The notes beneath the pieces were generated by a model, which was given only the letters and a program-made list of their open reading frames with translations, ran no database searches and had not been told where the DNA came from. From NCBI RefSeq assembly GCF_000143415.4, contig NW_003314269.1:3315908-3379907 (forward strand): 64,000 nucleotides of DNA. The letters run 5' to 3'. This DNA comes from Selaginella moellendorffii. Taxonomy: Eukaryota; Plantae; Lycopodiophyta. Of this stretch, positions 24,701 through 37,957 are shown piece by piece. Position 1 is the stretch's first letter, and every line of letters starts with the position of its first letter. Both the position numbers and the translations under genes were made by a program.

Positions 24701-27325
24701 ACACACACAACACATAGTGCTGCTTCAAGCTTCACCCAGAGCTTTGGCCTCCATCTTCTCAATGTGTCCAACAACATCCCTTTGCTGATAATTCCATATC
24801 GTCTCGAGGTCCAGAGATATATCATGAGCAGTTGGAGCGACAAGTGATTGAGGCAGCCCCTTCGTCAAGCAAAGGCAAGGCATCAGCCTCATCGGTCAAC
24901 ACGATTTTGGTAGCCGAGGAACTCTATAGGCAATAGCAACAAACCACAGCTACTCGAGCCTAAACGAAGAAAAAGGCATCCGCTCAGCTTGCCACAGATC
25001 CCCTGGCGCCGGTTGAGAGCGAATCTCCATTGGCATCAAGCCCAGTGTCACAGAGGGTGGCTTGTAAGCTCCCCTTCAAGTCACTACTCTCTTCTCCTCC
25101 TGAGATCTCACTAACAGCTATTCCTGTTTTGGAGCCGGTTCTTCAACAGCTAGTTGACACTCCCGTCACCTTTTCGCTCTGAGACATGTTGTGTCTTGTC
25201 CCGGGATTTAGCCAACATTTAGAGGAGTTTGCATGGTCAGGAACACCAGAGAGCACTCTCAAGAGGGCTCCTCAAGAGGTGCACATTGTTGACATGACAA
25301 GATATGGTGGAGATCCTAGTCCATTCCTCGTCCCAGTGCAGATTGGTACTTCCTCTTGTAGGATGGATGCTTTGGTTGACTCTGGTTCTAGAAACAACAT
25401 TATCTCTCTCAAAACTGCCCTTTCAGCATAGCTACAGATCATTGAGAGCTCTTCCATCGTGCTCAAAACCTTCGCCAACCACACCATTCCTCCAGTAGGC
25501 ATTTGCTGTGGTGTCAAGGTCTCTATAAAACCCAACACTAGGTGATGGTATAGTGCAAAGTGTTATTTTTGAAGTGGATTTCCTCATGGTTGACTACAAA
25601 CGTCTTGGAACATCCTCTTTGAAAGACTCTGTCATCCTTGGCCGCTCATGGCAAATCACAGCCCATTGCACCATTGACAGCGCACAAGGCACGTTGGAAA
25701 TTAGCAATGGTACCCATAGTGCCACCTTTCTCAACAACCATGGCAGAGCTCTTTCTCAGCAAGCCCAACAAGCTCAGACTAAGATGGCCTCCACACCATA
25801 CTTTCCTCCTGAGCTCATAGAGGTTTTTCCTAAGTTGGCAGTGGCGTCGACCATCTATATGATGGATGCTTTCTCATGCAATGCGATTGACATGGTTGGA
25901 GGTGAGTCAGGTAGCTTGAGACATCTCTCAGCTTCACTCTCATTATTTGAGAGTAAGGCCGAGCCTCTGGACAGGCCCTTTTTATTTGATAGTGGGGCTT
26001 ATAGTGTACGGGCTCCCATATCCGGCTTTTCGGAGTGTTTCTCGATAGAGGAAGGGCTCCTCGATTCGTTTCTTGCATGGGACCAACTATCTCTTATGGA
26101 GCTTGATGACACAGTCACTCCAGACTAGGCCCATCTTTTGCAGGACATAGCTAAACTCAACCCTCCTTAGCAACTATCTGAGGTGTGATACAGCCAGCAT
26201 CTTCGTACTAAAATTGCAGTAGCTGATGACTCCAAGAATATTTCATCATGCCGTTTCTTGGAGATGGAGGATGACATCCAGACACAGAACTGGCAGAAAG
26301 AATCAAGCCAATCGGACATGCTGCATGCAAGTTATACTTCTTTGAGTATAGAATTTCCTACTGTGGAGCCCCTGGTATTCCAACCACTAGAATGACAACT
26401 TCCTTTTGGAATTTACATCATGACGGGCGTGGTGGCTTTTGGACTACGTCTTTGCCAACATTCACAGCTTAGCAAGCCACCACATGCAACATATTATGCC
26501 TCACATTTGTTTGAGAAGACTGGACAGAAGTACATGGATGCGGAAAAAGAAGTGGTGGCTGTTGTTTATACCTTGGAGCGATTTCATCACTTTTTTGCTG
26601 GAGCCTATATCCATTCCCATGTTTGTTTTACTGTGCTAACCTTTCTTTTACAGTGATTGGTTCACAGTCCTTGTACTTTATCTTGGATTGTGACCATCCA
26701 AGAGTTCCAACCAACTTTTCACATGCAGCAGAAATGTGTGATGCATCTTCTCCAACAGCTGCAGGTCAAGCACGTGAAGAGCAGTAGCTATTATCCTGAG
26801 TGCAATGGCCAGGCAAAGTCTAGCAATAAGATATTGAAGACATTCATCTCAATGCTTGTGAAGGATCACCCAAGGCGTTGGCACGAACACTTGGTTACGG
26901 CGTTGTGGGCTTTTCGAACATCCTTCAAGATATCCATCTCTGCAACCCCATTCTCCCTCGTCTATGGGACAGAGGCCATGCTTCCAGTGGAGATCCAGGT
27001 GCCATCACTCTCACTTTCACTTCGATACACAGCAGCGATGCAGCTTAGCGATGAGGACAAGCTTCATGCACATGACTTGGAGGTTTTTGCCTTGGAAGAA
27101 TAGCAATGATCCATGACTACACATCTCCTTCGGGGCAAGCAAAAGATCAAGTCACTCATTGATCACCAACAATCTACCAAACCATTCGAAGATGGCAATC
27201 TCGTTCTACTCAAGGAGTTTATGCCACCTTCGAAGTTCTCCCCTCGCTGGACCGGCCCCTACTTTGTCCAGCGACACATCAGAGGTGGAGCATATGTGCT
27301 AGTTGATGTTGATGGACGTTTTTGA
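21790..27325 (+). mobile_element. Decayed Ty3/gypsy element: LTR from 21790, gag, aspartic protease, RNase H and integrase remnants; RT not seen
   Basis: The LTR start TGTTAGGGCGTGGC recurs at 55352. gag (LPTFSG..HISRF..LEGKAAIW), protease (ALVDSGS..ILGRSW), RNase H (YMDAEKEVVAVVY), integrase (SSYYPECNGQAKSSNK..LWAFRT..TPFSLVYG; KFSPRWTGPY). Many stops; no 3' LTR seen. Confidence 0.8.
23070..24210 (+). repeat. 572-bp tandem duplication of the gag 5' region
   Basis: ORFs at 23448 and 24020 give near-identical peptides at an offset of 572. Confidence 0.9.
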
Positions 27326-29734
27326 TTTTTTTATACATCTATATATACACACCTTCTAAACCCACTCTTGGGTATTTGCAATAATGCTCAAGAAAATGTA
27401 CCAAACCCATGCTACCATTTTTCTTATTCAAATAAAAGTAGTATATAAAAAACTAAAGATAATATATATTTACATCAAGCACTCCTGTTATATCTGGAGA
27501 AAGATCTTGAAGAAAATATTGACATCACTTTTGGAGTATTAGAGGCAATCCAACTCTTTTACCAACATTATAAAGAGGGAATTTTTGTTCAGTTGCACTC
27601 AAGGTTGCAAATGGAAGAACCTCACAACACCCCTCAAAATGAAGAGGAAGATTATTGTGTAGAGGTGAAGGTGGATTATTAGTTGAGCTTAGAGATGGAG
27701 ATAGAGACTTATATGAGACACTTTTACGACCAAAAGTAGATTTCTTCTGAACCATTGCAACACACAAGAAGAATTAAACTCTTTAATAATAAGAATTCTC
27801 TGATTAATATACTATATTTCAATCTCGGAAATGAAGTTTTATTATGACATGGCAATATATTAAATCATAATTGTCAGTCTCAATAATTACAACTTACTAT
27901 TAGAGACAAGTGGCTATAGGGTTCTAGAAGCTGAAAACTAACACATAATTAACATGTAGATTTATTTTATATAGTTGGTCTACCATATATAATAATAGCA
28001 AACCCACACAAACATGCGAGGATGCCTTTTTGCAAGATTATTTTTCAACTTAAAAACTATATATAGATTTGACTCTTTGATTTATCTATATCATATATAC
28101 TACACACTTATACTCCTTAGAAAGATATAACATATCAAGGGGAATAGGATATATATAAAAAATTCACTTTTCTTTATAATATTTTAGTGGATTACAAAAG
28201 TTTTGAAAAATTTATAAAGTGAATTTGTTAATGTTTTTAGCTGTGTTATCCATTATTTTTTTCTCTTGCTCTGGATTATTGTTTTGGAAGTAACAAGAGC
28301 ATTTTTATCAATAATGACAATGGTCTTTACATTTTTGGATGAGTAATAAAGACCAGAAGCGTAATATAAAGATTGTGGTAGTGAAACAAAATTAATATTA
28401 TCACATTTTTGTATGTTAGAACTACTTATAAATTTTTTAATTTCTTTACTTCCCATATTTGTAAAACCCTAAAGAATGAATGAGTGAATCAGTGTTTTGA
28501 ATTATTGATATATTTCTGGTTAATTTTTGAAATGTCAAAATATCAAAATGTTAAAATGTATAATACAAATTTCAAGTTTGTGCAAACTTAAAAATTCCCA
28601 TTTTTATTTGGGCCCAAAAAATCTCTTTATAACCTGAATGCAAAAAATAACAAATTCTACGGGTTCAGACGAACTTCTAATTCTTAAAACTACTCAATCA
28701 ATATTCTATTGTATAGGTCACATTAGAAATTAGAAATTTTCTCTATAAATAAACTCAAAAAATAGAAAATTCTCTGAAACATTAACAATTATATTCATAA
28801 ATTTCAAATTCACTAAAGAATAACATTTTTCTGACATGACATTCCTTATAAAATTTATGGTTGACTATGTTGACTAACATTGACTTGAGCTGAATTGAGC
28901 TCAATTGAAGTTTGGATAATCCCCTTCAACTTTAGAAGCACCACTTTTGAAAAAACACAATCTTTAACCTCATTCCAAAATAAACTTCAATCTCTTACAT
29001 TGCTCCAGATCTGTAAATGTGGAAGTTATAAGCTTGTTACTGGCACATCAATTCCCACATAAAGCTCTCATAAAACTTCATCTAAGTTAAGAAAGATGTG
29101 AGATCTTTATATCATTATGAAGATCACATCTTTGGATTCAATCCATAAGCTTTCATCTCATCAAAGGAAATGAGTCTCAACTTCATAAGTCAACCGTAGG
29201 AAATGCAAATTACTTGAAAAATCACTGAGCAGCCTTTTTCCTTTGCCATTGTTTAAGTGTTATAATGCTTGATGAAGCTCTTTACCATACAAAGGATTAA
29301 AAATCAAGCTTCTTAGCCATTAAAGTTTCAATATTTTTGGTTCTCTTTTCTTTTATACGAAGAGAATAAGCTATGGCAATGGTGGTGGTAGTGTTTCATC
29401 CAGGTGCATAATAATATTGTAATAAAAGAAATCATTAGAAGCAAAATAGAAAGTTATTACATGATTAATTTAATATATTTTCTATTATTTTATATAATAT
29501 TGATATTAAGGTTATATAAATAAAACTGTAATGGAATTTTTGAAAACTAATTATAAAATTAAAATGATTTAAACTTCATTTAAATAGTATATCTTAATAT
29601 ATTAAAAAAGTAGTAATATTTTTAAATTAATATAAATTAAACTAAAATATATTTAAAATTAAGTGGTTTAGAAAATCTTTGTTCTTAAACTTATAAATTT
29701 CTTAGCTTGTTGTAAATTTGATTAAGTCCTAAAA

Positions 29735-30610
29735 ATGATTATAGTTCTCATATCCATTTTAGTATCTTTAATTTCTTGTTCTAAATCTATCATTAAGTAT
29801 TATGAGGGTTTTGAAAAAGAAATCTCAATTGAATATAGACAATCTGTAATTATGCCTGTAGTTGAGGAACTTATTAACAAAATAGGAGAAAGAGAAACCT
29901 TTTTTATGGGATTTTCATATTCTAAAGTTATATATGCTAAAGGAAGTAGTCTTATTGTTGTAGTAAGTGCTTTTGATACACAAGAAAATTTTAAATTATT
30001 TCTTATTCTTTGTAGTATCGTTCCAATATTTTTTGAAATTAACACAGGGAAATTTTTAAAACATGAATTATACCATTTTTTTAATAATTTTGTTCTACAA
30101 GATCATATAACTTATAGCTCAGTTGAATATATATATGCTCGATATTCAATATTATATATTGTAGACTGGAAATTAGATGAAAATTCTATCCCTTTAGATA
30201 ATAATAAACATAATATTAATTTAACCAGTAAAGTAGATTGTCTCATTTATAGAACTTGTATAAGAAGTGGGACACATCATTCACACTTTGCAAGGATTAA
30301 TCCCGAAGAGTTTCTTCAATCTCCTAATCAAGAATATATTTTATTAATGCAGCTAAATTGTAATTTGGTATTTTATTATAAAAATTTAATAATCTGGGAA
30401 ACAAAAACTAATGGAAGAAGTATTGGATGTTTTCTCAGTTTGGATAAACTGGGTAGATTAGTAATATATGATAAAAATTATAATGATTTATGGATTTATG
30501 ATTTGAGTTGGAATGATATTTGGGCTACATATGCACTGTGTGTTGAAAATACAGGTCATGTAATTGTTTATAATACAAATTCACAGACTTCAAAATTAAT
30601 TAAAGTATAA
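29735..30610 (+). CDS. Secreted bulb-type (GNA-related, B-lectin) domain protein, 291 aa, intronless
   Basis: N-terminal hydrophobic signal (MIIVLISILVSLISCSKS). The C-terminal ~95 aa (30293-30575) read INPEEFLQSPNQEYILLMQLNCNLVFY..IWETKTNG..CFLSLDKLGRLVIYD..LW..YALCVENTGHVIVY, the three-fold B-lectin repeat. A long open frame in very AT-rich DNA is unlikely by chance. Confidence 0.8.
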   Translation: MIIVLISILVSLISCSKSIIKYYEGFEKEISIEYRQSVIMPVVEELINKIGERETFFMGFSYSKVIYAKGSSLIVVVSAFDTQENFKLFLILCSIVPIFFEINTGKFLKHELYHFFNNFVLQDHITYSSVEYIYARYSILYIVDWKLDENSIPLDNNKHNINLTSKVDCLIYRTCIRSGTHHSHFARINPEEFLQSPNQEYILLMQLNCNLVFYYKNLIIWETKTNGRSIGCFLSLDKLGRLVIYDKNYNDLWIYDLSWNDIWATYALCVENTGHVIVYNTNSQTSKLIKV

Positions 30611-31349
30611 TTATACCTTAGAATTTATTTATTTTGAAAATATTTGTAAGTTTATAATAAATTTCTGATGGTTTAATTCAAATTTAATATATAAAAATAA
30701 AAGTTTAATAATTTGTAAATAAATATATTCATGAATATAAAAGTACTAAAATATTCTACTCAATAACTATAATGTGGCCATTTGTCATTGATTCTTTCCA
30801 CTATAATTATTTTATTTCTTTAGGTTTTCTATTTTTAGAAAATATGTCTTATTTATTGCTCTATGCATTTAAAAATGTTATTTGATGTATTATTAATATT
30901 CCTTTTGTGTACATGTGTAAGTTCTTAAACGTTTTATTTTAATATTGTTTGTGTATTCTCCAAGTATTATTTATTTTATTTTATTTTGCTTTTTTGTTTT
31001 ATTTAGGTGGTTGTTAGCCACCAGGTTTATGGTGTAATAATAAAAATAACTTCTATGCATTGCATGCAACAATATTTGTTTTTCTTAATGGTAGTGCTTA
31101 TTATCTATATTCAAATTGATTTTTTAGAAGTTTTTAATGATAAACATACTTATAATTTATTAACACAAGATTAATCTTATTTTATATAAAATAGAATATA
31201 CTAGGAATTTTTTGAGAAATTTGTTAAAATTATAAATACAAAGTTAATCTAAATGAATAACAACCAATAGATGGTAACATATCCTATAATATCCAAGTAT
31301 ATTCTAGGTATACAATTCAGTTTTAGCATCTCAATTATTTAATTAATCA

Positions 31350-34300
31350 AGGTTAGCATGATGTGGAGTTCATGGCTGATAAGAAGTGGAGGAGAGTGAG
31401 TGGGAGGTGAGAAATTCTACCTAAAAGCTGTCTATGTGGCAGCCAAGTACTTGCAATTGGTGTCGTTGATAAGATTACTTTAGTTTTTGATGAGTGCTTT
31501 TTGAGTGTTACATGGATCCAATATGGTGGCAGTTGAGTCATGAAGTAGGCTAAGATTCCAAACTTCAATAGAGGGGCTTCGGCAAGTGAAGCCTCGAGTT
31601 GGTGAGGTAAAACTAATCTAGGTTAAAGGTTGGACAATACACAAACACTGATCCTTATGGAAGTTGCTTTGAAAAGAAAGGCTTTATGGTGGTGGAGGTA
31701 GATGAATAACTAGTGAACAAGTATAAAGAAAGGTCCACTTACCTCCTTATACGAGTTGGCAGCAATTTTTAGGTAGAAGTTTGTGCCACTTTACAATGTT
31801 TTGCAATGCTTGACATGAGTTGTAGCATTGTAGTAGAGGAAAGGTGATTCAATTAATGAGTATTTTGATAAGTTTAAAATGCTACTTAATTAGCCAAGTT
31901 TCAAGAGGAAGTGGAGAAGGATTACTTCCTAGATGGTTTGTGTAATCTTAAGTTTATGAAATTTACTCATTTTTCCAAGTTGTTAGAAGAATTGTTCACA
32001 ATAGATGCTTGAGCATTCAAGGACAAGGAGTCGTAAGAGCAACAGCCTAACAACACTAAAAAGTGTCAGTGCAATAAAAGTAATTCTAAGGATGATACCA
32101 TTTAACATATGAATGGCAGATGACCAAAGTGTTAGGTTTATTGGAATTATTAAAAATGTCTTAACCAATATGGCTAGTCTAAAGTACAAATTCAATTATG
32201 TTATGCTTAAAATGGCATGACAAAATTTTGCCTATAAAACCCTACTAGGTAAACCTTGGCTAAAAATTGTTTGCACAAACCAAAACTAAAAAAATGGTTT
32301 CTTATGTATAGAGTAGGGCAACCAGAAAATATTTGTGCCTAGTAATTCCACCATACAATTGGAAAGGAAAGATTAACTCCTCAAAACTCAATTTTATGAT
32401 TAAAAAAAAAGGCTTACATGATTTCTAAGAACAACAAATCTTAAAAACTTTTCCTAAAATTGAGTGAATTTTAAAAGTTGATATCTATTCAATACTCAAA
32501 GAAGTACCTAGACTAGAGATCAGCTCGGGTGAGATTACTCCCTAAAGGAGTATCCTACTTATAAAATTGATTAATAGAGAAACTATGTTTTGCATGTTTT
32601 TTGTGTTCAACCACTTAAGTAAATCAATTTAGTGGATGAAAATAATCCTTATATTGTCATAATTGCTCAAATATTGCAAAATGAATTTCGCAATCAAGCC
32701 ATAAATCTACTAAAAGACTACAAAAACATTTTTTCCTAGTCTTACATAGATTTAAAAGCATCCCGCGAAAGCTCTATACACATCATATTGAAATACTCTC
32801 AGGAAATATATCTAAAAGGCAGATGCTTTATAGAATGAATTATAATTACTAAGGTAAAGTCAAGAAAGAAATCAATAAGCTTCTTCAGGCAAAACTCATC
32901 TATCCAATTTAAAATGCTCAATGGCTTTCACCACTTGTAATTGTGCCTAAGAAAAATGACAAATTACAAGTTTGTGTAAATTACAAAAAAAAAATGATGC
33001 AACAAAAAAGGATATATTCCCTATTTCACAGACAAAATTCTAGATTTAGTAGCAGGTCATAAGATATATTCATTTTTAGATGGATTCTTTGACTATAACC
33101 AGATGGAAATAATACTTGAAGATCAATACGAAATGATTTTTATAAGCCCATGAGGAAGTTATGCCTATTGCAAAATGCCTTTTGGCTTATGCAAAGCTCC
33201 TTTTATATTTTAAAAAGTTGTTATGGACATTTTTAAAGAATGATTTTAATGTCTTCAACTCCAAAAAAGGAACATTTAATTTGCTTGCAAAAATATTTCC
33301 AAAAATATAGAGAATATAGCATTTCTTTTAATCCAAAAAAATATTCTTTCTTTGAAAATTTGTGTATACTTCTAAATCACATTGTATGCAAGAAAAACAT
33401 CCTTGTAGACAAAGACAAAACTCAAGTGATTAAAACAATTTTTCCAACTTAAAAAGTCTCCATTACTTTTTAGGCAAAATTGGCTATCATACGCAATTTA
33501 TAAAAACTTATGCAAAGATTGTCAAGCCACTTAGTGATTTTTTAAAGAAAAATATTTCATTTATATGGAATGAAAATTATCAAGAAGCATTTTTAAGGCT
33601 TAAACAATACCTCAAAAAAGCATCTATACTTATTAAGCTTAACTGGACAAAAGAGTTTCACTTATAGGTGGATATTTTTTATATTGTCATAGGTGCAATA
33701 TTATCCCACATACAAGGTGATCAAAAAGATTATCCTATCTACTATACTTGTAAACACTTAAATCCTGCTGAGCATAACTACACAATGACTGAGAAAGAAG
33801 CCTTATGTATGGTTTACGCCTTATAAAAATTTAAGCATTATCTTTTGGCAACAAAAGTAATTGTCTTTGCTGACCATAAAGCTTTTTTATATCTCATCAA
33901 CAAACCATGCATATTTGCTCGACTAACTAGATAGTTTTTACTATTACAAGAATATATTTTTGAAATAGTATATAGACTTGGAAAATTTCATAAACAAACT
34001 GATTGGCTAATCCGCATCATTACAAAAGTCACATAATACTAAAGTAAATGAACTCTTAGATGCTCATTTATTTATAAATTTTGTACCTATCACTTAATTG
34101 GAAGATATACATATTTATCTCTCTACAAGCACCATTCCACCCCATTATAACTTGCCATAGAAAAAAAAGTTGTTTGTTTTGAGGACACAATTTTACTCTA
34201 TCATGGGGGAGCACTTGTATAAATTAAACATCAATGGAACACTAAGAAAATATGTTAATAGGCAAGAAGAAAGAAATGAAATTCTAAGGGAAACTTATTC

Positions 34301-34640
34301 AGACACATCAAGAGGCCATTTTGCAAACGAAACCACTACTAGGAAAATCTTACAAGTAGGGTTGTGGTGGCTTATACTTTGGAAAGATATAGCAATTTTT
34401 TGCAAAAATTGTGACATTTGGCAAAGGCATAAATTGTCGCTTAAAACCAAATTTATGAACTAAATTCTATATATTTATATGAAACATTTCATAAATAGGG
34501 ATTAAATCTTGTGGATCCTATAGTGACAAGTAGTAAAAGGAACAAATACATTTTAGTTGCCACTGATTATGTAATTAAATGGGCAGTAGCTATGTCTATG
34601 AAACAAGCCTCAACTGCTAACATTGCCAAATTCCTTTATA
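31350..34640 (+). mobile_element. Heavily decayed non-chromovirus (Athila/Tat-like) Ty3/gypsy pol
   Basis: RT remnants WLSPLVIVPKKNDKLQVCVNY (~32920) and MPFGLC (~33175), RNase H YTMTEKEAL (~33780), integrase GHF..TTRKILQVGLWW..C..C (34170-34463) and ILVATDYVIKW (~34550). Confidence 0.8.
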
Positions 34641-35044
34641 AAAACATCATCAAAAGGTAGATTAGTTTTTAAAATTATAAGATCTTGTAAAACTAGCTTT
34701 CAAAATGGATGGAGGGGATATTAAGATCACTCAAGATCTTATTTCCAAGCTTTTTTATTTCCTCATAGAGCTAGATTAGTAGAATTGGATAGAAGGAATA
34801 GTCTTTTCCCAAGGGATATGTATTTTCTTTTTGTTCGAAATGAATAGATCCTTATCTAAGCTTATTATTGTCTTTATGTTATAGAAACTCTCATATATCT
34901 TAGTGCTTTCTTTGATGAAGAAGTTCCAAGAAAAAAAATCAAGAGATACATTGGATAAATATTTCTTTATTTAGAGAAAGCTTTCCTTCAAAATCTTGTT
35001 GGTATGGCATATAGAAATTTCCTCCATGCAAGCAAAACTTAGAG

Positions 35045-37175
35045 GAAAAAAGAGGAAAAAAAAAGAAGGGGTGAATACTCTAAAAGTAACGTGTATATTT
35101 TTTTTCCCCATTCTATAAACTCTGCCAACAAACCACAAGGATTAATGAGTAGAGATTTCTAGGCTAACAAGGAAAAAAAACTTTTCTACAATATATTTGC
35201 ATATTAAAGCAAACAAAGGCAAGAGGACAAAGCTTAGGACTAAGGGCAACTTAAATAATTTGGAGGCAGTTAAGGAGTTTCTTTTTCTCTCTCATTCTTT
35301 CCCTCTCACTCACTTTACGCCTATGCTTTCACTAAGATGTGTCGACACTTTAGGATTAGCTTCGAAACAATGTATGACAGCTCAAATGCAGCCTAAAGCC
35401 ACGCAAGAGCAAACTTCATCATTACCCCCTACTGAGTCAAGCACACTCTCGATTAGGCAAAGTATTTTTGTCCTCACGCCATTGCCACAAGCCGTTAACT
35501 CCACATTTGAAGCACCATCAACATAAAATCTTTTTTGGGCACCTCCTTTGGCACTACACTACATCTTGTAGTCATCTAATGCTTTTACCTACAAATCTTG
35601 ACAGAAGGCAAAAATGCCTAGACAAGATGAGCATGTAGAGGAAATCTTGTCTAGCAACAAGGAGTTGGATTATGGCCAAGTAAAGTTTTTTAGGGAACTT
35701 GTGCTTTCTCCATATGACAAGTTTCAATTTAATGCCCTTGGGTTACTTGCCTATGTGGAGTTGCTCGAACAAGAAATATCAATTGAGCAAGGGATCAAAC
35801 TTATATAAAAGTGGTACCCAAAGGAGCATGTTTTTCTTTTCCACAGGCAAGTCCATCCCCTTGGACTCACCCAATTTGCTCAGAGTTTTTGCCTAGACAA
35901 TGAGGGCGAAATAATGACAATAAGGACAATAAGCAAGAAGGATTGCATATCCGATCAATATATCCTCCTAAATTACACATCCAGACAAGGAAGCAACTTC
36001 ACCTATTTAAAGCCCAACTACTAAGTTTAAGGTATTGTGTGTGTGCCATCATCGATAGGAAGATGGTTGTGCAAAATGTTAGCATTAAGATAGCTCGCTT
36101 GCTAAAAGCTATCTTGTTGGTATACAATGTAAAATTTAGAGGAAAAATAAAAAGGGGGCGAATACTCTAAGAGTAATGCTTATATTTCTTTTGTCTTATT
36201 CTATAAACTTTGCCAACAAATCACAAGTATTAATGAGCAAAGATTACTAGGCAAACAAGGAATTTTTTTTTCCATAATACATTTGCACATAAAAGCAAAT
36301 AAAAGCAAGAGGACAAAGCTTAAGGCTAACGCAGTAAGGCAAGGTGACTATTTAGAGATGGCTAAGGAGCTTCTTTTTCTCTTTCACTCTTTCCCTTTTA
36401 TGCCTACACTTCCACCGAGATGTGTAAAAACTCAAATCTTAACTTTGAAGCAATGTACAACAACTCAAATGTCACTAGGGTTGCTCAAGAGCAAATGCTA
36501 TCATTGCCATCTATTGGATTGAGTACATCCTCAACTGGGCAGAGTGATTTTGTCCTCACACCACTGCTACAAGCTATTGACTCCACTCTTGGAGCACCGT
36601 CAATATAAAATCTCTCTTGGGCACCTCCATTGGCACCACACTATATCTCCCAGGTGCTTAATGCCAAGTGTTTTACTTACAAATCTTCACAAACAGAAAA
36701 ATGTTTAAGCAAGATGAGCATGTGGAGGAAATCTCATCCAATGATGAAGAGCTTGATTATGGCCAAGTAAAGCTATTTAGGGGGCTCTTTCTTTCTCCCT
36801 ATGACAAGTTTTGGATTAATGCTTTTGGATTATTTGTTTATACAGAGCTACTCAAAGGAGAAGTATCGATTAAGCAAGGGATCGAGCTCATGCAAAAGTG
36901 GTACCCAATGTTTTTTTTATGCAGTTGAGTCCATCCCTTTGGACTCACTCAGTTTGCTCAAATTTTTTGCCTAGACAATGAGGGCAAAATAATCATGATG
37001 AGAAAGAAGGATTATATGCTCAATCTATACATCCTCCCAAACTACACATCTGGATGAGGAGGCAACTTCACCTATTTGAAGCCCGACTATCATGCTAGGG
37101 TTAAAGTGTTGTGTGCCATCATTGATGGGAGGACAATTGTGCAAAATGATAACATCAAGATAGCCCACTTATCAA
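35045..37175 (+). repeat. ~1.09-kb diverged tandem duplication, probably the 3' extra-ORF region of the upstream gypsy element
   Basis: Paired peptides MHIKANK.KRTKL (35197/36283) and QDEHVEEI.S...ELDYGQVK.FR (35614/36668). Confidence 0.8.
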
Positions 37176-37957
37176 GACTGAACAGTAAATAAATATAGCT
37201 CATTTTGATCCACCACTTTCAATATCTACTCTGAGGGAGATAGTGAAGGAGGTGGAGGAGAATTTTGACGATGCAGATTCAAGTGAGAAAAATTTTCCCT
37301 TCAAAAAGAAACTCCACCTAAATCCAAAAATCCAAACTGCAAGACCCCCAAAGTTTATTCTACAGAAATCTAGTGGTTGAGTATGCTGCAGAAAAGCTGA
37401 ACATAGGAAATACAATGATAAAACACCACGCCTAGATCATGAATAAAGTTATAACTTGTCTATGTCTATAGAAATAACTCTGATGCTGATATATCTCTCT
37501 CTGAGCATCGGAGAAGTGATGAGTACATAAATGGACAACATTATACAAACAATAGATGCCAAAGTTGTGGAAGAAATTCCAAAACTTAGGCCATAAAGTC
37601 TGACACACGATGTGTCTACAGATGTTGCAAAACCATTGGCTGTAGATACAACCAATAAAGTGAGTTTAGGCCAAGAAGATCACAACTAAGAAATTCAACG
37701 CGACAAAGAGGACGAGGCTACAAAAGAGGGTCTAAGTGAACTAAAGGAGTATAGGTTAAGTTTTCTCATTGTTATGGCTACCTCATCTCGCTAAACTTGT
37801 TAGCCGAGGGTGTGTCATTGTCAAATGTATAGGTGAACTGCAAGGCTAGCTGTGCCTTCGCACATAAGTTTATGAGTCAGCTTAGCAAGCTAGTGGTTTG
37901 AAGCTTTATGGAGGAACACATCAAGGGAGGAGGCAACCAGCTAGTCGACGAGCCAAT

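Noticed and set aside
27470-27770. Possible receptor-kinase juxtamembrane fragment (EVLPFATLSATEQKF..VG) on the minus strand
   Set aside because: The resemblance is weak and no kinase subdomain motifs follow.
28920-29410. Decayed coding-like stretch on the minus strand
   Set aside because: Many stops and no recognisable family, so it cannot be called.
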